DNA of 64,000 bases from contig CP009479.1 in NCBI GenBank assembly GCA_000965745.1, forward strand, positions 416,001-480,000, read 5' to 3'. This document shows positions 39,063 through 49,366 of this stretch, in pieces (position 1 is the stretch's first letter; every line of letters begins with the position of its first letter). Position numbers and translations under genes: made by a program. The notes beneath the pieces are model-generated. The model worked only from the letters and a program-made list of their open reading frames with translations. It did no database searches and was not told the DNA's origin. The stretch is from an uncultured archaeon (GTDB lineage Archaea > Thermoplasmatota > Thermoplasmata > Thermoplasmatales > Thermoplasmataceae).

Positions 39063-40922
39063 ATGGGCTTCAAAGGGTTGCTGAGGCTCGAAGACGTAGA
39101 GGTCGACGGCTACAGTAAGATAGGAAATCATGGACTTATTGCGAACAACAGAACAGCGGCTCTTGTCAGCATGAATGGGACGATAGACTGGGCCTGCCTT
39201 CCCAATTTCAACTCCAATCCAGTTTTCAGCTCGATCCTTGACAGAAACAGGGGTGGGTATTTTTCAATCTCTCCCGCCGAGAAAGAGGATGTTTTTGTGC
39301 ACCAGACGTACAAGGAGTACACCAATATCCTGATTACTGAATTCATCAGGAATAACAAGACCATATTGAGGCTGACTGACTTTCTCCCCACTACAGAATA
39401 TCCAACCATCAGTTTCCCCGAGATCCACAGATATGTCGAAGCCCTTTCAGAGGATATTGATATTTCCCTGAGATTCAAGCCGATCCTCGACGCCGGAAAG
39501 GAGAAGCCCCATATTGACAGGAGAAAATTCGGTTACATCTACAGCACAAGGGAATCAAATATAGGGATTGTAAGCGAGTTCAAGCTCAACAACAGCGATG
39601 GCACCATATCGGGAGACCTCAAGCTCGACAAGAGGTCCTCAAACTGGGTAGTTGCATTGTATGGCATAACCCACCTCGATCGTATTACTGACTACAAGTC
39701 CTATGAAAGGCTTGAGGATACTTTTGAATACTGGCTGAAATGGAGCGGGCAGAATACGTACAGAGGGACTTACCAGAGCGATGTCATCAGGTCCGCGCTT
39801 ACGCTGAAGGCGCTTTTCTATGAGCCAACCGGGCTTATGGTCGCTGCACCCACCGCCAGCCTTCCTGAATGCATTGGCGGAGAGAGGAACTGGGACTACA
39901 GGTTCACCTGGATCCGTGATACTTCCTACGTGATTGAGGCTCTCGCGATGCTTGGGTACAAGCGTGAGGCCACGAAGTTCCTCTACGATATCATGGAAAT
40001 AATCTCCAGGGAGAAGAAGGTCAGGACAATATACACCATAAACGATTACGGCGATGTTGATGAGTTTGAGGCGGATTTTGAAGGCCACAGGGGTTCCAGG
40101 CCGGTACGGTTTGGCAACAAGGCTTCAGATCAGCTTCAGATAGACCAGTTCGGTTCCATCATAAATGCAATATATGCCCTCCATGAGGTGGGTGGAATAA
40201 TAAATTCATACCTCTGGGATTTTGTTGAGGAGACCCTTGAAAATATAGGCCATACCTGGAAGTACCCTGATTCCAGCATATGGGAGTTCAGGACAGAGCC
40301 GAGGCATTATGTTTACTCGAAATTAATGTGCTGGGTGGCTTTCACGAGGGCTATCGACATAGGAAGAGATCAGGGTTTTTCGGGTCCATACAGGAAATGG
40401 CAGGAAATTGCCGACGAGATAAAGAATGACATTATAGAGAAAGGGTTTGACAAAAAACTGAACTCCTTTACACAGTATTATGGCAGCCCCGGAACGGATT
40501 CTGCCCTTCTCAGGCTTCCCCAGCTTGGATTTCTTCCCGGAAATGACAGCAGGGTAAAGGGAACCATAGAGAGAATCGAGAAGGAACTCATGACCCCAGA
40601 TTACCTGTTCAAGCGGTATCTTGAAGATGACGGGCTGGACGGGCGTGATAACGCCTTCCTGCTCCTGTCGTTCTGGTATGTTGAGGATCTGATTCTGATG
40701 AGGAAGCTGGCAAAGGCTAAGGAAGTATACGATTCCCTTCTCGACAGATCAAACCACCTCGCCCTGTTTGCGGAAGAGATAGACTTTGAGAATGGTGATC
40801 TCATAGGAAACTTCCCGCAGGCGATAACACATCTCGGGGTCATAAGGGCGGCCAAGAAGCTTACCGATGAGGTTAAGGAAATTTCAAGGAACGGGCAGAC
40901 AATAAAGCATTATTCCCTCTGA
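39063..40922 (+). CDS. GH15 glycoside hydrolase (trehalase/glucoamylase-like)
   Basis: AAPTASLPE..GGERNWDYRFTWIRD, SIWE, FAEE and GNFPQA motifs. Confidence 0.9.
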   Translation: MGFKGLLRLEDVEVDGYSKIGNHGLIANNRTAALVSMNGTIDWACLPNFNSNPVFSSILDRNRGGYFSISPAEKEDVFVHQTYKEYTNILITEFIRNNKTILRLTDFLPTTEYPTISFPEIHRYVEALSEDIDISLRFKPILDAGKEKPHIDRRKFGYIYSTRESNIGIVSEFKLNNSDGTISGDLKLDKRSSNWVVALYGITHLDRITDYKSYERLEDTFEYWLKWSGQNTYRGTYQSDVIRSALTLKALFYEPTGLMVAAPTASLPECIGGERNWDYRFTWIRDTSYVIEALAMLGYKREATKFLYDIMEIISREKKVRTIYTINDYGDVDEFEADFEGHRGSRPVRFGNKASDQLQIDQFGSIINAIYALHEVGGIINSYLWDFVEETLENIGHTWKYPDSSIWEFRTEPRHYVYSKLMCWVAFTRAIDIGRDQGFSGPYRKWQEIADEIKNDIIEKGFDKKLNSFTQYYGSPGTDSALLRLPQLGFLPGNDSRVKGTIERIEKELMTPDYLFKRYLEDDGLDGRDNAFLLLSFWYVEDLILMRKLAKAKEVYDSLLDRSNHLALFAEEIDFENGDLIGNFPQAITHLGVIRAAKKLTDEVKEISRNGQTIKHYSL

Positions 40923-40940
40923 AAAAGCATATCCGCAATA

Positions 40941-41987
40941 TTATTCAATGCCATTCAACCTGCCAACCTGTTCCCCTTCGGAGTTAAACACGTAAATATC
41001 TGAGGGATTCACGTAAAGCTCAATTTCCTCCCCCTCGACCAGTTTTTCTGCGTTGGTGTACATGGTGAAGAAATAGATATACTCTCCACTTAGGCTAACT
41101 TGTGTCAATATGTCGTTTCCAAGCATGTTTACACCTGCAATAGTGCCCTTAAAGGAAACATCCCCATCATCGTTTGTTATATGAATAGGCCTAGGCCTGA
41201 TTCCAACATAGCAGTTTTCTTTCACATTGAGTGCCTTCAGAACTTCATCGGAATGGATTATGTTCATGGCAGGTGTGCCAAGGAATGATGCGATGAAATC
41301 GTTGGAGGGCTCATGGAACAGTTCTACCGGGGTTCCCGTCTGCATTATATCTCCCCTGTTCATCACAGCGATCCGGTCGCCTAGCGTCATAGCTTCGATC
41401 TGGTCGTGGGTAACATATATCGTGGTAACTCCTGTTTCTTTGTGAATCCGCTTGAGTTCAAACCTTACAATATCTCTCAGCTTCGCGTCCAGGTTGCTAA
41501 GCGGCTCATCCATCAGCAGCAATTTGGGCTCTTTTACAAGCGCCCTTGCCATTGCAACCCTTTGCCTTTCCCCCCCGGATATGTTTGAGGGTTTCTTCTT
41601 CAGCAGGTGATCTATACGGAGAAGCTGAGCAGTTTCCCTCACTTTCTTGATAATGTACTTATTTTTCTTGTGTGCAACCCTCAGAGGAAATGCTATGTTC
41701 TCGAATACAGTCTTGTGCGGATACAGTGCATAATCCTGGAAAACCATTGCAATCCCCCTCCTGCTCGGGGATATGTCGTTGACTACTTTCCCGTCCATCA
41801 TGACCTTACCTGATGTTGGGTCAAGAAGGCCGGCTATTATCCTCAGTGTCGTTGTCTTCCCGCACCCTGATGGCCCGAGAAATACAAAGAATTCTCCATC
41901 TTCTATATTCAGGTCTATGCCCTTGAGTATATCCTGGTTTCCAGCTGTAAATCTCAGCTTATCAAGTTCCAGTTTTGACATGTTCAA
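40941..41987 (-). CDS. sugar ABC transporter ATPase (MalK-like)
   Basis: GPSGCGKT, ISGGERQR, DEPLSNLD and HDQIEAM motifs. Confidence 0.92.
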   Translation of the reverse strand: MNMSKLELDKLRFTAGNQDILKGIDLNIEDGEFFVFLGPSGCGKTTTLRIIAGLLDPTSGKVMMDGKVVNDISPSRRGIAMVFQDYALYPHKTVFENIAFPLRVAHKKNKYIIKKVRETAQLLRIDHLLKKKPSNISGGERQRVAMARALVKEPKLLLMDEPLSNLDAKLRDIVRFELKRIHKETGVTTIYVTHDQIEAMTLGDRIAVMNRGDIMQTGTPVELFHEPSNDFIASFLGTPAMNIIHSDEVLKALNVKENCYVGIRPRPIHITNDDGDVSFKGTIAGVNMLGNDILTQVSLSGEYIYFFTMYTNAEKLVEGEEIELYVNPSDIYVFNSEGEQVGRLNGIE

Positions 41988-41994
41988 TATTCAC

Positions 41995-42813
41995 CTACTT
42001 TAGCGCTCCTGCCAGCACGTCACTTCTCAGGTACTTCTGCAGCACCATTACAATGATGATGACGGGTATGATCATCATAATCGCAAATGCATCTGCGGCT
42101 GCGAGCCCGCCCTGCCCCCTGGTGCTATAGTAATATATTGCAACTGGCAGGGTCTTGTAATACGGAGAGAGTACCTGCGCCAGTATGAACTCGTCCCACG
42201 AGAAGAGCCATGCGAGTATTGCTGCCACTGAAATTCCTGTAAGTGCCAGTGGAAGTTCGATTGACGTGAATGACTTTAGCTTCGACGCCCCGTCTATCCT
42301 GGCCGATTCTCTGAGCCTCGGAGGTATGGTCCTGAAGGTCCCTACCATAACGTATGTGATCATCGGGAGGATTATTGATGACTGCGCCAGTGCTATTCCT
42401 TCTGCCGTATTGTCAAGTCCAAGTCTTACCATGACGCTCGCTATGGGAACTGCTATCTGTATCTCCGGCACCATCTCTGTTACAAAAAGGAGGATCACTA
42501 TAGCATATGCCACCTTATGTGGTAGCCGGGATATTGTGTAACTCGCAGGCACCCCGAGGATCAGGCATATGCCCATTACGATGAATGCCGTCTCCAAGCT
42601 TAGAAACAGGCTTGAGGTTATGTTGTAGTGATGCAGCACGAAGATAAAACTTGAGAGTGATACGCTGGATGGTATAAGAGCCGGATTGCTCCTGAATATC
42701 TCAGACGATGGTGCCAGTGCAACTATAAAAAGCAGATAAATCGGGAACAGGATGAATATTGAAATTATAGCGAGAGCCAGATACCACAATACATCTTTCT
42801 TGGGGTTCGTTAT
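41995..42813 (-). CDS. sugar ABC transporter permease (MalG-like); start ATA 42813 or TTG 42789
   Basis: ESARIDGAS EAA loop, SWDEF and TLPV motifs. Confidence 0.88.
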   Translation of the reverse strand: MTNPKKDVLWYLALAIISIFILFPIYLLFIVALAPSSEIFRSNPALIPSSVSLSSFIFVLHHYNITSSLFLSLETAFIVMGICLILGVPASYTISRLPHKVAYAIVILLFVTEMVPEIQIAVPIASVMVRLGLDNTAEGIALAQSSIILPMITYVMVGTFRTIPPRLRESARIDGASKLKSFTSIELPLALTGISVAAILAWLFSWDEFILAQVLSPYYKTLPVAIYYYSTRGQGGLAAADAFAIMMIIPVIIIVMVLQKYLRSDVLAGALK

Positions 42814-43673
42814 TCCTCGCCCCCTGTTACCCTATTTGAAATTGTGACATACACGATAATGAAAATCATAACTATCGCCAGCAGCACTGTGGCCGCTGCG
42901 GAAGACAGATTCTGCGAACCCAGGACAAACGTCTCATAAATGCTGAAGGAAAGAGTTCCGAGGAATGCGGGCGTATAACCAACCAGCACCAGTGGAAGGG
43001 CCAGTATGTTGAATTCCTGGACGGCCCTGATTATAAGAGCTATCATTATGAACGGATAGATTCCAGGAAGAGTGATGTGCCGGAACTGCTGAAGGGATGA
43101 GGCACCATCCACTGCCGCAGCTTCATACTGGCTCTCCGGTATGCTCTGAAGCCCTGCAAGAAGTATCAGCATAACAATTGGAAATGTTTTCCACGAGTCG
43201 GCGATTGCGATGGAGAGAAATGCAAGTGGCCCTCTTACCCAGTTGATCTGTGTGTGTGCCAGGCCAAGCACATTAAAGATCTCGTTCAGATACCAGCCGG
43301 TCGGGGCAAATATGAATGTGAATGCTATGGCGGAAACCACCGTTGATACTCCGTAAGGAAGAATCACGATTGTCCTGAAAATTGATCTTCCCCTTATAGC
43401 CCTGTTAAGAAGAAGCGATGTGGCAAGAGCGAGCGCAAATTCTATCGTCAGAGCCAAGGCTGTCAGGAGGACAGTGTTCCCTATTACACCATAGAGATTA
43501 TTATTTCTTACGAGAATCTGATAGTTTAGAAGCGAATATCCACTGGGCAATTTAAAACTAGAGATTATTGCTGCGAATATAGGGTAAATGTTTATGAAAC
43601 CTATAAAAATAAGAAGCGGGAGTATAAAAGCTATTTCAAGCTTATTACTCCCGATTGTTTTTGCCAGTCCCAT
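42810..43673 (-). CDS. sugar ABC transporter permease (MalF-like)
   Basis: LAGLQSIP..YEAAAVDGAS...FRHITLP. Confidence 0.9.
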   Translation of the reverse strand: MGLAKTIGSNKLEIAFILPLLIFIGFINIYPIFAAIISSFKLPSGYSLLNYQILVRNNNLYGVIGNTVLLTALALTIEFALALATSLLLNRAIRGRSIFRTIVILPYGVSTVVSAIAFTFIFAPTGWYLNEIFNVLGLAHTQINWVRGPLAFLSIAIADSWKTFPIVMLILLAGLQSIPESQYEAAAVDGASSLQQFRHITLPGIYPFIMIALIIRAVQEFNILALPLVLVGYTPAFLGTLSFSIYETFVLGSQNLSSAAATVLLAIVMIFIIVYVTISNRVTGGEE

Positions 43674-43694
43674 CTATTTAGGCACCATCCGATC

Positions 43695-45167
43695 CTATAC
43701 CCCGCCTGATCCGCCAGTAGGTCCAATGTAGTTCCCGGACGGGTAGATCATTCCGTTTTCGTACTCCTTGGCCTGGCTCGGATAATAGATCTGAAGATAC
43801 TGTGCCAGGGATTCGTGTGCCTGTGTCAGTGCGCTTGCTACATTGACGTTCTGGCCGATTATTTCAGCCCATGCAGTGTCAAACACATTCTGCCATTCCC
43901 CGATCCACGGGACTGCTGGCCTGAATATGCCATGCTCCTCCTCGAACTGGATCACAGAGAATGTGCTCGCAAGACTGGATGAGAGGTTCTTGTAAGCGAA
44001 AGTGTTGACTACCGGCCATGTAAGGTTCTGCAGCAGTTCCTTCTGGACTGATGCTGAATCCAAATAGTGCATGAAGTCCAGGGAAGCCCATGTGTTCTTT
44101 GAGCCTTTCACTATTCCCAGGACATCTCCGCCTACAACGTACTGGGCTCCCTTTGGACCCATGAACACCTTGTTTATCCCTAGATTGTGCGTTTTGCTAT
44201 TAGTGCTGTTGTTCCACTCGTAGTTCTTCTCAAGCAGGCTTTGAACATACGGCCACTGGTCTATATACTGATATGTCGATCCGAGCGACTTGTAAGTGCC
44301 CCAGTATCCAGTCTTGTTGGCGGGAGACATAAGGCCCTGCTTGCTCATGTCCTGCAGGTAGGTGAGGGCTGCGATATCGCCTGAATCGTTAAGGTACATC
44401 GGGTTACCTCCAAATCCAGCCATCCACTGGAATACCTGTGTTGGCGTACTCGCTCCGCCGTGTCCCTGCATGTTGAATGGCCCGCTGTAGCCTGCCTTCT
44501 TAAGTGCCTTCATGTCATTCATAAGGTTTGTTGTGTTTGTTGGAGGTGCCGTTGCTCCAGCTTTGTTGAACGCGCTCTGATTATAGAATGCAAGCTGGAC
44601 GTTTCCTCTCCACGGCATGAAGTAGTACGTGCCGTTGAAGTAGCCTTCCTTGTAATATGCTGGAATTATTGTTCCGTTTGCTGAAGAGCCGTAAGTTGAA
44701 GAACTGTTCATCGGCTCGAAGTGGCTTCTGTATTTGTTCAGCGGTGTGACTATGTTCTGGGTTACCAACGCACCCATGTAAGAGTTGTCCGAACCTATTA
44801 CGTTAATTTTTATATTCCCTGAAGCAACTTCAGACTGGACCGTCTGTATAACCTGCGTTGGAGACTCTGTTATGAAGTTGACCGATATGTTTGTATAGTT
44901 CTGTTCAAACTGTGGTATTACTGTATCGTTTACGTACTTGTATTCCGAGCCTGCAAGTGCATCATCAAAGGTTATTGTCGTTTTTCCACTGCTTGTACCC
45001 GTACTCGGCTGAGTTGCGCCTGATGTGTGCATGGAGTTGACTATTACTGCTGTTCCTGCGCCTACAACAATAGCCGTTATGACTATGGATATGATCATCG
45101 AAGACATTTTCACCTCTCTTTGCGAGAATGAGATCACGTCTTTCTCGTCATTTCCTTTCTGTTCCAA
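43695..45167 (-). CDS. sugar ABC transporter substrate-binding protein (family 1), membrane anchored
   Basis: N-terminal TM plus S/T linker, YFMPW...FYN and GGDVLGI motifs. TTG start follows GGTGA. Confidence 0.88.
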   Translation of the reverse strand: MEQKGNDEKDVISFSQREVKMSSMIISIVITAIVVGAGTAVIVNSMHTSGATQPSTGTSSGKTTITFDDALAGSEYKYVNDTVIPQFEQNYTNISVNFITESPTQVIQTVQSEVASGNIKINVIGSDNSYMGALVTQNIVTPLNKYRSHFEPMNSSSTYGSSANGTIIPAYYKEGYFNGTYYFMPWRGNVQLAFYNQSAFNKAGATAPPTNTTNLMNDMKALKKAGYSGPFNMQGHGGASTPTQVFQWMAGFGGNPMYLNDSGDIAALTYLQDMSKQGLMSPANKTGYWGTYKSLGSTYQYIDQWPYVQSLLEKNYEWNNSTNSKTHNLGINKVFMGPKGAQYVVGGDVLGIVKGSKNTWASLDFMHYLDSASVQKELLQNLTWPVVNTFAYKNLSSSLASTFSVIQFEEEHGIFRPAVPWIGEWQNVFDTAWAEIIGQNVNVASALTQAHESLAQYLQIYYPSQAKEYENGMIYPSGNYIGPTGGSGGV

Positions 45168-45494
45168 AAAATCACCAGAGCTTTAAACATAATTATTATA
45201 TTAAAATTTTACTCTAAGGGAGTTTTGTGTTAAATATGGCTATATTAAGAATTAGTGCGTGTTTTTGCTGTATTATGGTCATTTTTGTGCATTAATGTTG
45301 ATTTTTTAGCTGTAAAGGGGCAGATGCACCAATAGCCTGTTTCATTAAATTAGCCGGATATGATATATAAACACTTTTTGCGGTATTGTTACCTTAAACA
45401 TCGCTACTGCATACCGTTTCACAGGGATGCCTCCTCATTTCCTCATTTTCCGGCCTACAGGTTAAACTTTAGTTGTATAGTTCACTGATAAAAC

Positions 45495-45959
45495 GTGCGC
45501 AGTTATCTCAGGATTTTCAGAACGGGCTCGTTTGATTTTGATGAGCTCTACGCCTTCATGGAGAAAGTCCATGAATACGGGAAGATGCATTTCCTGATTT
45601 CAGACGGCATAATGCTTGATCTGCCGCAGACATTTCCTGAAGGCTCCGGCCTGGACATCAGGATTCAGCGAATACTTACGTCATACCAGCTGCAGAGAAT
45701 ACTGCTTGAATCGGATAACAGCCCCCACTTCATTGCCGTTGTTTCCGGGGTGATATCCTCGTGGGCAATGGAATCAGTTGAGAGTTTCTACGAGATAATG
45801 AAGATAAAATCGTACTACCACAGGTGCCCCATATCCATGAACATAGTTGGGAAGGGAGGAGTGTACGAGAACTACCTCGGAAAGAGGGTACTTGAGCCAC
45901 CGGAAAGAAGGGTGGTCGAAGGAGGTCTATACCAATGGGAAGAACAACACCCACAGTAA
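45495..45959 (+). CDS. degenerate RecA/RadA-fold (ImuA-like) protein of the PolB2 operon
   Basis: IQRILTSYQLQRIL motif and no Walker A; first gene of the polB2 operon. Confidence 0.6.
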   Translation: MRSYLRIFRTGSFDFDELYAFMEKVHEYGKMHFLISDGIMLDLPQTFPEGSGLDIRIQRILTSYQLQRILLESDNSPHFIAVVSGVISSWAMESVESFYEIMKIKSYYHRCPISMNIVGKGGVYENYLGKRVLEPPERRVVEGGLYQWEEQHPQ

Positions 45960-46171
45960 GGCAGAAGATGGAGATCATAGCACAGAAATACGGAAGGATG
46001 AGATCGATCATGAGGGCGGAGGATGTTGAGATATTCGACAGAATTATGCTCATGGGCAGAAAACATTCGCCCGAGATATCAATGGCAGGCATTGATCCTG
46101 AGACGGGGTTCCTTATGTCCGTGATTCTTGAAATGATGAAGCTTTTTCGGCAGGGCGAAGAAGAGGAGTGA
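45935..46171 (+). CDS. small helical PolB2-associated protein (arCOG07300-like)
   Basis: MGRTTPTVR...R.ED.E.FD pattern, GGAGGT SD, directly upstream of polB2. Confidence 0.75.
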   Translation: MGRTTPTVRQKMEIIAQKYGRMRSIMRAEDVEIFDRIMLMGRKHSPEISMAGIDPETGFLMSVILEMMKLFRQGEEEE

Positions 46172-46178
46172 GGATCCT

Positions 46179-48200
46179 GTGGACCCGATCATCAATGGAA
46201 CTGGGGATGACAGGATTTCGCTGTGGTACCTCAGAAACGGGAAGATAATAAAGAGAAGGTACTGCAACAGGACCTGGGTATTCGTCTCCGGCGATCCCTT
46301 TGATCTTGATTTTCTCGCCAGGCAGCTTGATGTTTCCGATTTTGGGTACAACTGGTCGTCCAGAAGCGATGTTTATGGCAGCATGGACGGCATAGAGATC
46401 GCCGTAAACCCGTCACGGACGAAAGATCTTATCAGATCCGTCGAACGTATTGGGCTCAACAGGAAGTTCAGGGTTTTCAACGGCGACCTTGATCCTGTTA
46501 TGCGGTTCATGACCGAGAATGGTCTGGAATTTTTCCATCTTGATTCCCCCTATGACCATGACCCTCCTGTGGAAAGCCTTCTGGTTGGCGGGAAGGTGAG
46601 GGGACGCGATATAGCGGGAGTAACCATGGACGGGGAATCATACCTGCCGGAGAGGATGGTCCTCATGGATCTTGAAGAGAGAATCAGTGATAGCCCGATG
46701 ATCATTTATGACAACAGCTACGAGGCTTTCAAGCTCATTTTGTACAAAATGAGAGATCTGGGTCTGAAAATACCCCGGGTGCGGACACGTACTGGATCAA
46801 CGTACCAGTCATACGGGCAGATGCATTACAAAAGCCCTACAGTGCATCTATCAGGAAAAATATGCATTCCGTCCGATTCGTTCATTTACGCAGAAGCGGG
46901 CCTCCCTGGAATTTATGAGATCTCCAGAACCTCTTCCCTCCCTCCTGCAACAGCAGCGATGGTGACTCCTGGAACAGCTGTATCGACAATGGAAGAGACT
47001 GTTGCAGTAAAAAATGGAGTGCTCGTACCGCTTTACAAGGACGATCATGAGCTGGAGAAGAGCGTTGAAGAGCTGTCACTTACAGACAGAGGGGGAATCG
47101 CCCTTCAGCCGGAGCCCGGCCTTTACGAGGATGTGTATGAGATCGATTTTTCTTCCATGTACCCAAGCATAATAGTGCGCTACAATCTTTCCCCGGAAAC
47201 CATAGGAAAAACCCATGGTTATGTAGTTCCAGATACGCCCTACAGGGTCAATACTGAAAAAACAGGCTTTCTTTCACAGGCCCTGGGAAATCTTCTCGAG
47301 AAGAGGCTTTTCTACAAGTCAATAAAGTGGGAGGATGAAGTTTACAGAAGCAGGGATACTTCCCTGAAGTGGATGCTGCTGACATCCTTCGGATATACAG
47401 GCTACAAGAATGCAAAATTCGGCAAGATAGAGGCCCATGAGAGCATAACGTCCATCGGCAGGTCTGTTCTGTCAAAGGCCATGAAGCTGGCGGAAAGCAT
47501 GGGCTTCAGCGTGATACATGGAATTGTGGACTCCCTCTGGATCAAGGGGGATGGTGATGTTGAGGAACTCATGAGGCGCATAAAGCAGGATACGAAGATA
47601 GACATAGTCCTTGACGGGCATTACAGGTGGATTGTATTCCTGCCAGCTAGATCCGGCCTCGGATCGCTCAACAGGTACATAGGCATGAGGATGGATGGGG
47701 CGTACAAGATAAGGGGCATTGAGCTGAGAAGAAAGGATGTGCCTGAGATCTCAAGAAAATTCCAGCTTGAGGCCCTGAAGATCTTTGAAGGCTGCGAGAG
47801 TGTTTCTGACATTGGGAGCAAGTATTTGGAACTGCAGAGCCTTGAAAACAGGTACCTGAAGACTATGCATGAATTCCCCAGAGAATATTTTTGCATTAAC
47901 ATGAAGATAACCAGGAGGCCGGAGGACTACAAAGTGAGGAATATGCAGAAGATTGCACTGGAAGACCTTCGCAGGCAGGGCATAGAGGTGAGCCCTGGAG
48001 AGCGCATACCCATGGTCGTAACTGACAGGAAGCGTGGAATCATCGATATGGAGGGCAATTATGAGGGCATTGATGCGGATTTTTACAGGCATCATCTGTA
48101 CCGGGCATTCGAATGCTTTGACTTCCTCGTGTCCCGGGGAATGTCGGAAAGAAAGAACAGGGTGAGAAAACTCACAGACCCATTATTCCAGTCCGCATGA
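46179..48200 (+). CDS. polB2: family B DNA polymerase, PolB2/Dpo2 type
   Basis: DFSSMYPSII (motif A), KWMLLTSFGY (B) and HGIVDS (degenerate YGDTDS). No recognisable exonuclease motifs. Confidence 0.88.
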   Translation: MDPIINGTGDDRISLWYLRNGKIIKRRYCNRTWVFVSGDPFDLDFLARQLDVSDFGYNWSSRSDVYGSMDGIEIAVNPSRTKDLIRSVERIGLNRKFRVFNGDLDPVMRFMTENGLEFFHLDSPYDHDPPVESLLVGGKVRGRDIAGVTMDGESYLPERMVLMDLEERISDSPMIIYDNSYEAFKLILYKMRDLGLKIPRVRTRTGSTYQSYGQMHYKSPTVHLSGKICIPSDSFIYAEAGLPGIYEISRTSSLPPATAAMVTPGTAVSTMEETVAVKNGVLVPLYKDDHELEKSVEELSLTDRGGIALQPEPGLYEDVYEIDFSSMYPSIIVRYNLSPETIGKTHGYVVPDTPYRVNTEKTGFLSQALGNLLEKRLFYKSIKWEDEVYRSRDTSLKWMLLTSFGYTGYKNAKFGKIEAHESITSIGRSVLSKAMKLAESMGFSVIHGIVDSLWIKGDGDVEELMRRIKQDTKIDIVLDGHYRWIVFLPARSGLGSLNRYIGMRMDGAYKIRGIELRRKDVPEISRKFQLEALKIFEGCESVSDIGSKYLELQSLENRYLKTMHEFPREYFCINMKITRRPEDYKVRNMQKIALEDLRRQGIEVSPGERIPMVVTDRKRGIIDMEGNYEGIDADFYRHHLYRAFECFDFLVSRGMSERKNRVRKLTDPLFQSA

Positions 48201-48209
48201 GTGCCGGAG

Positions 48210-49364
48210 CTAGGCGATCTGGCCGAGCATAAGCTCTATCTTCTCACTCAATACAGCCACGGGGACGTCGCTAATGCTGATCACCTTCCGTACGCCTTTC
48301 TTGTCTCCACCGCTCACCGTTTTGCTGTCCAGGAATCCTACCACTTCAAGTTTCTTGAGTATCCTGTAAATGTCCTTGCGGTCCATCCCTTCCATGCTGT
48401 ACTGCTCGGCGAACGCAGGGGCGTTTTCAACAAGGCAGTCGAGCTGGGTCTCCGTGGCATTCTTAAGGCAGCTGCATACCGTGAGGAGAAGAACAAGTTC
48501 TTCCTTTTCAAGTTCGCCAAGCTTGCTTTCCGTTACATACGGGTTTATGAGCGATTTTGCAGCCCTTATGTCTTCCCCCTCTATGGTATCAGAGGATCTG
48601 TAGTCTGCAATGTGTGATGCCTTCTGCAGAAGTTCAATCGCAACACGTGCACTTCCGAAGTGTTCTGCAATTTCAGAAATATAGTCGAGTATTGAAGGCG
48701 TGTAGGCCGAATCTTCCAGTGACACCTTGCACCTGTCATCTATAATCCCGTACAATTCATCACGCGTGTATTTGCTGAACTCAAGGGCAGAGAATACGCC
48801 GAGGGATTTTCTGTCCCTTTCCGTAAAATAGATAGTGGGGTTGTCAATAGATACAAGTATGGTTGACATCCCTGTCTCGTAGATCTCGTTGGACCTGAAA
48901 AGGTTGTAGAATCCGTCAGGGTCCCTTCTTGCTATGTTTGAGGCCTCATCAATAACAAGGACAAGCGATGTACCCCTCTTCTTCATTATTGTGTTAATGG
49001 CCCCGAAAATCTGGTTATAAGACGCAGCACGGCTCGGAAAGACCTTCCCCAGCTTGTTTATGACATCGCTGAGAAGAGTGCGGATATTGCCGAAGGACAG
49101 TGCGTTTTCATAAATTATGGTGGGAGATTTTTCTTCCCTCAGCAGAAGCTTGATTGTCGCTGTTTTTCCGGTGCCTGAGGCACCATATATCACAAGGTTT
49201 GGGAAAATACCATTTCTCACCGGCTGGAGTACGATCTCCCTTATCTTCTTGAGCTGCTGCTCCCTGAACCTGAGCCGTTCCGGGACATAAGCGAAATCTA
49301 GCGGGTCTGGATTCTTAATTATCAACTTGCCTGTGATATTGTTTCTAGTATATTTAGGTACCAC
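48210..49364 (-). CDS. cdc6: Orc1/Cdc6 AAA+ replication initiator homolog
   Basis: YVPERLRFRE, GASGTGKT, LVIDE, GSARVAIELL and C-terminal wH domain. Confidence 0.9.
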   Translation of the reverse strand: MVPKYTRNNITGKLIIKNPDPLDFAYVPERLRFREQQLKKIREIVLQPVRNGIFPNLVIYGASGTGKTATIKLLLREEKSPTIIYENALSFGNIRTLLSDVINKLGKVFPSRAASYNQIFGAINTIMKKRGTSLVLVIDEASNIARRDPDGFYNLFRSNEIYETGMSTILVSIDNPTIYFTERDRKSLGVFSALEFSKYTRDELYGIIDDRCKVSLEDSAYTPSILDYISEIAEHFGSARVAIELLQKASHIADYRSSDTIEGEDIRAAKSLINPYVTESKLGELEKEELVLLLTVCSCLKNATETQLDCLVENAPAFAEQYSMEGMDRKDIYRILKKLEVVGFLDSKTVSGGDKKGVRKVISISDVPVAVLSEKIELMLGQIA

Positions 49365-49366
49365 GA

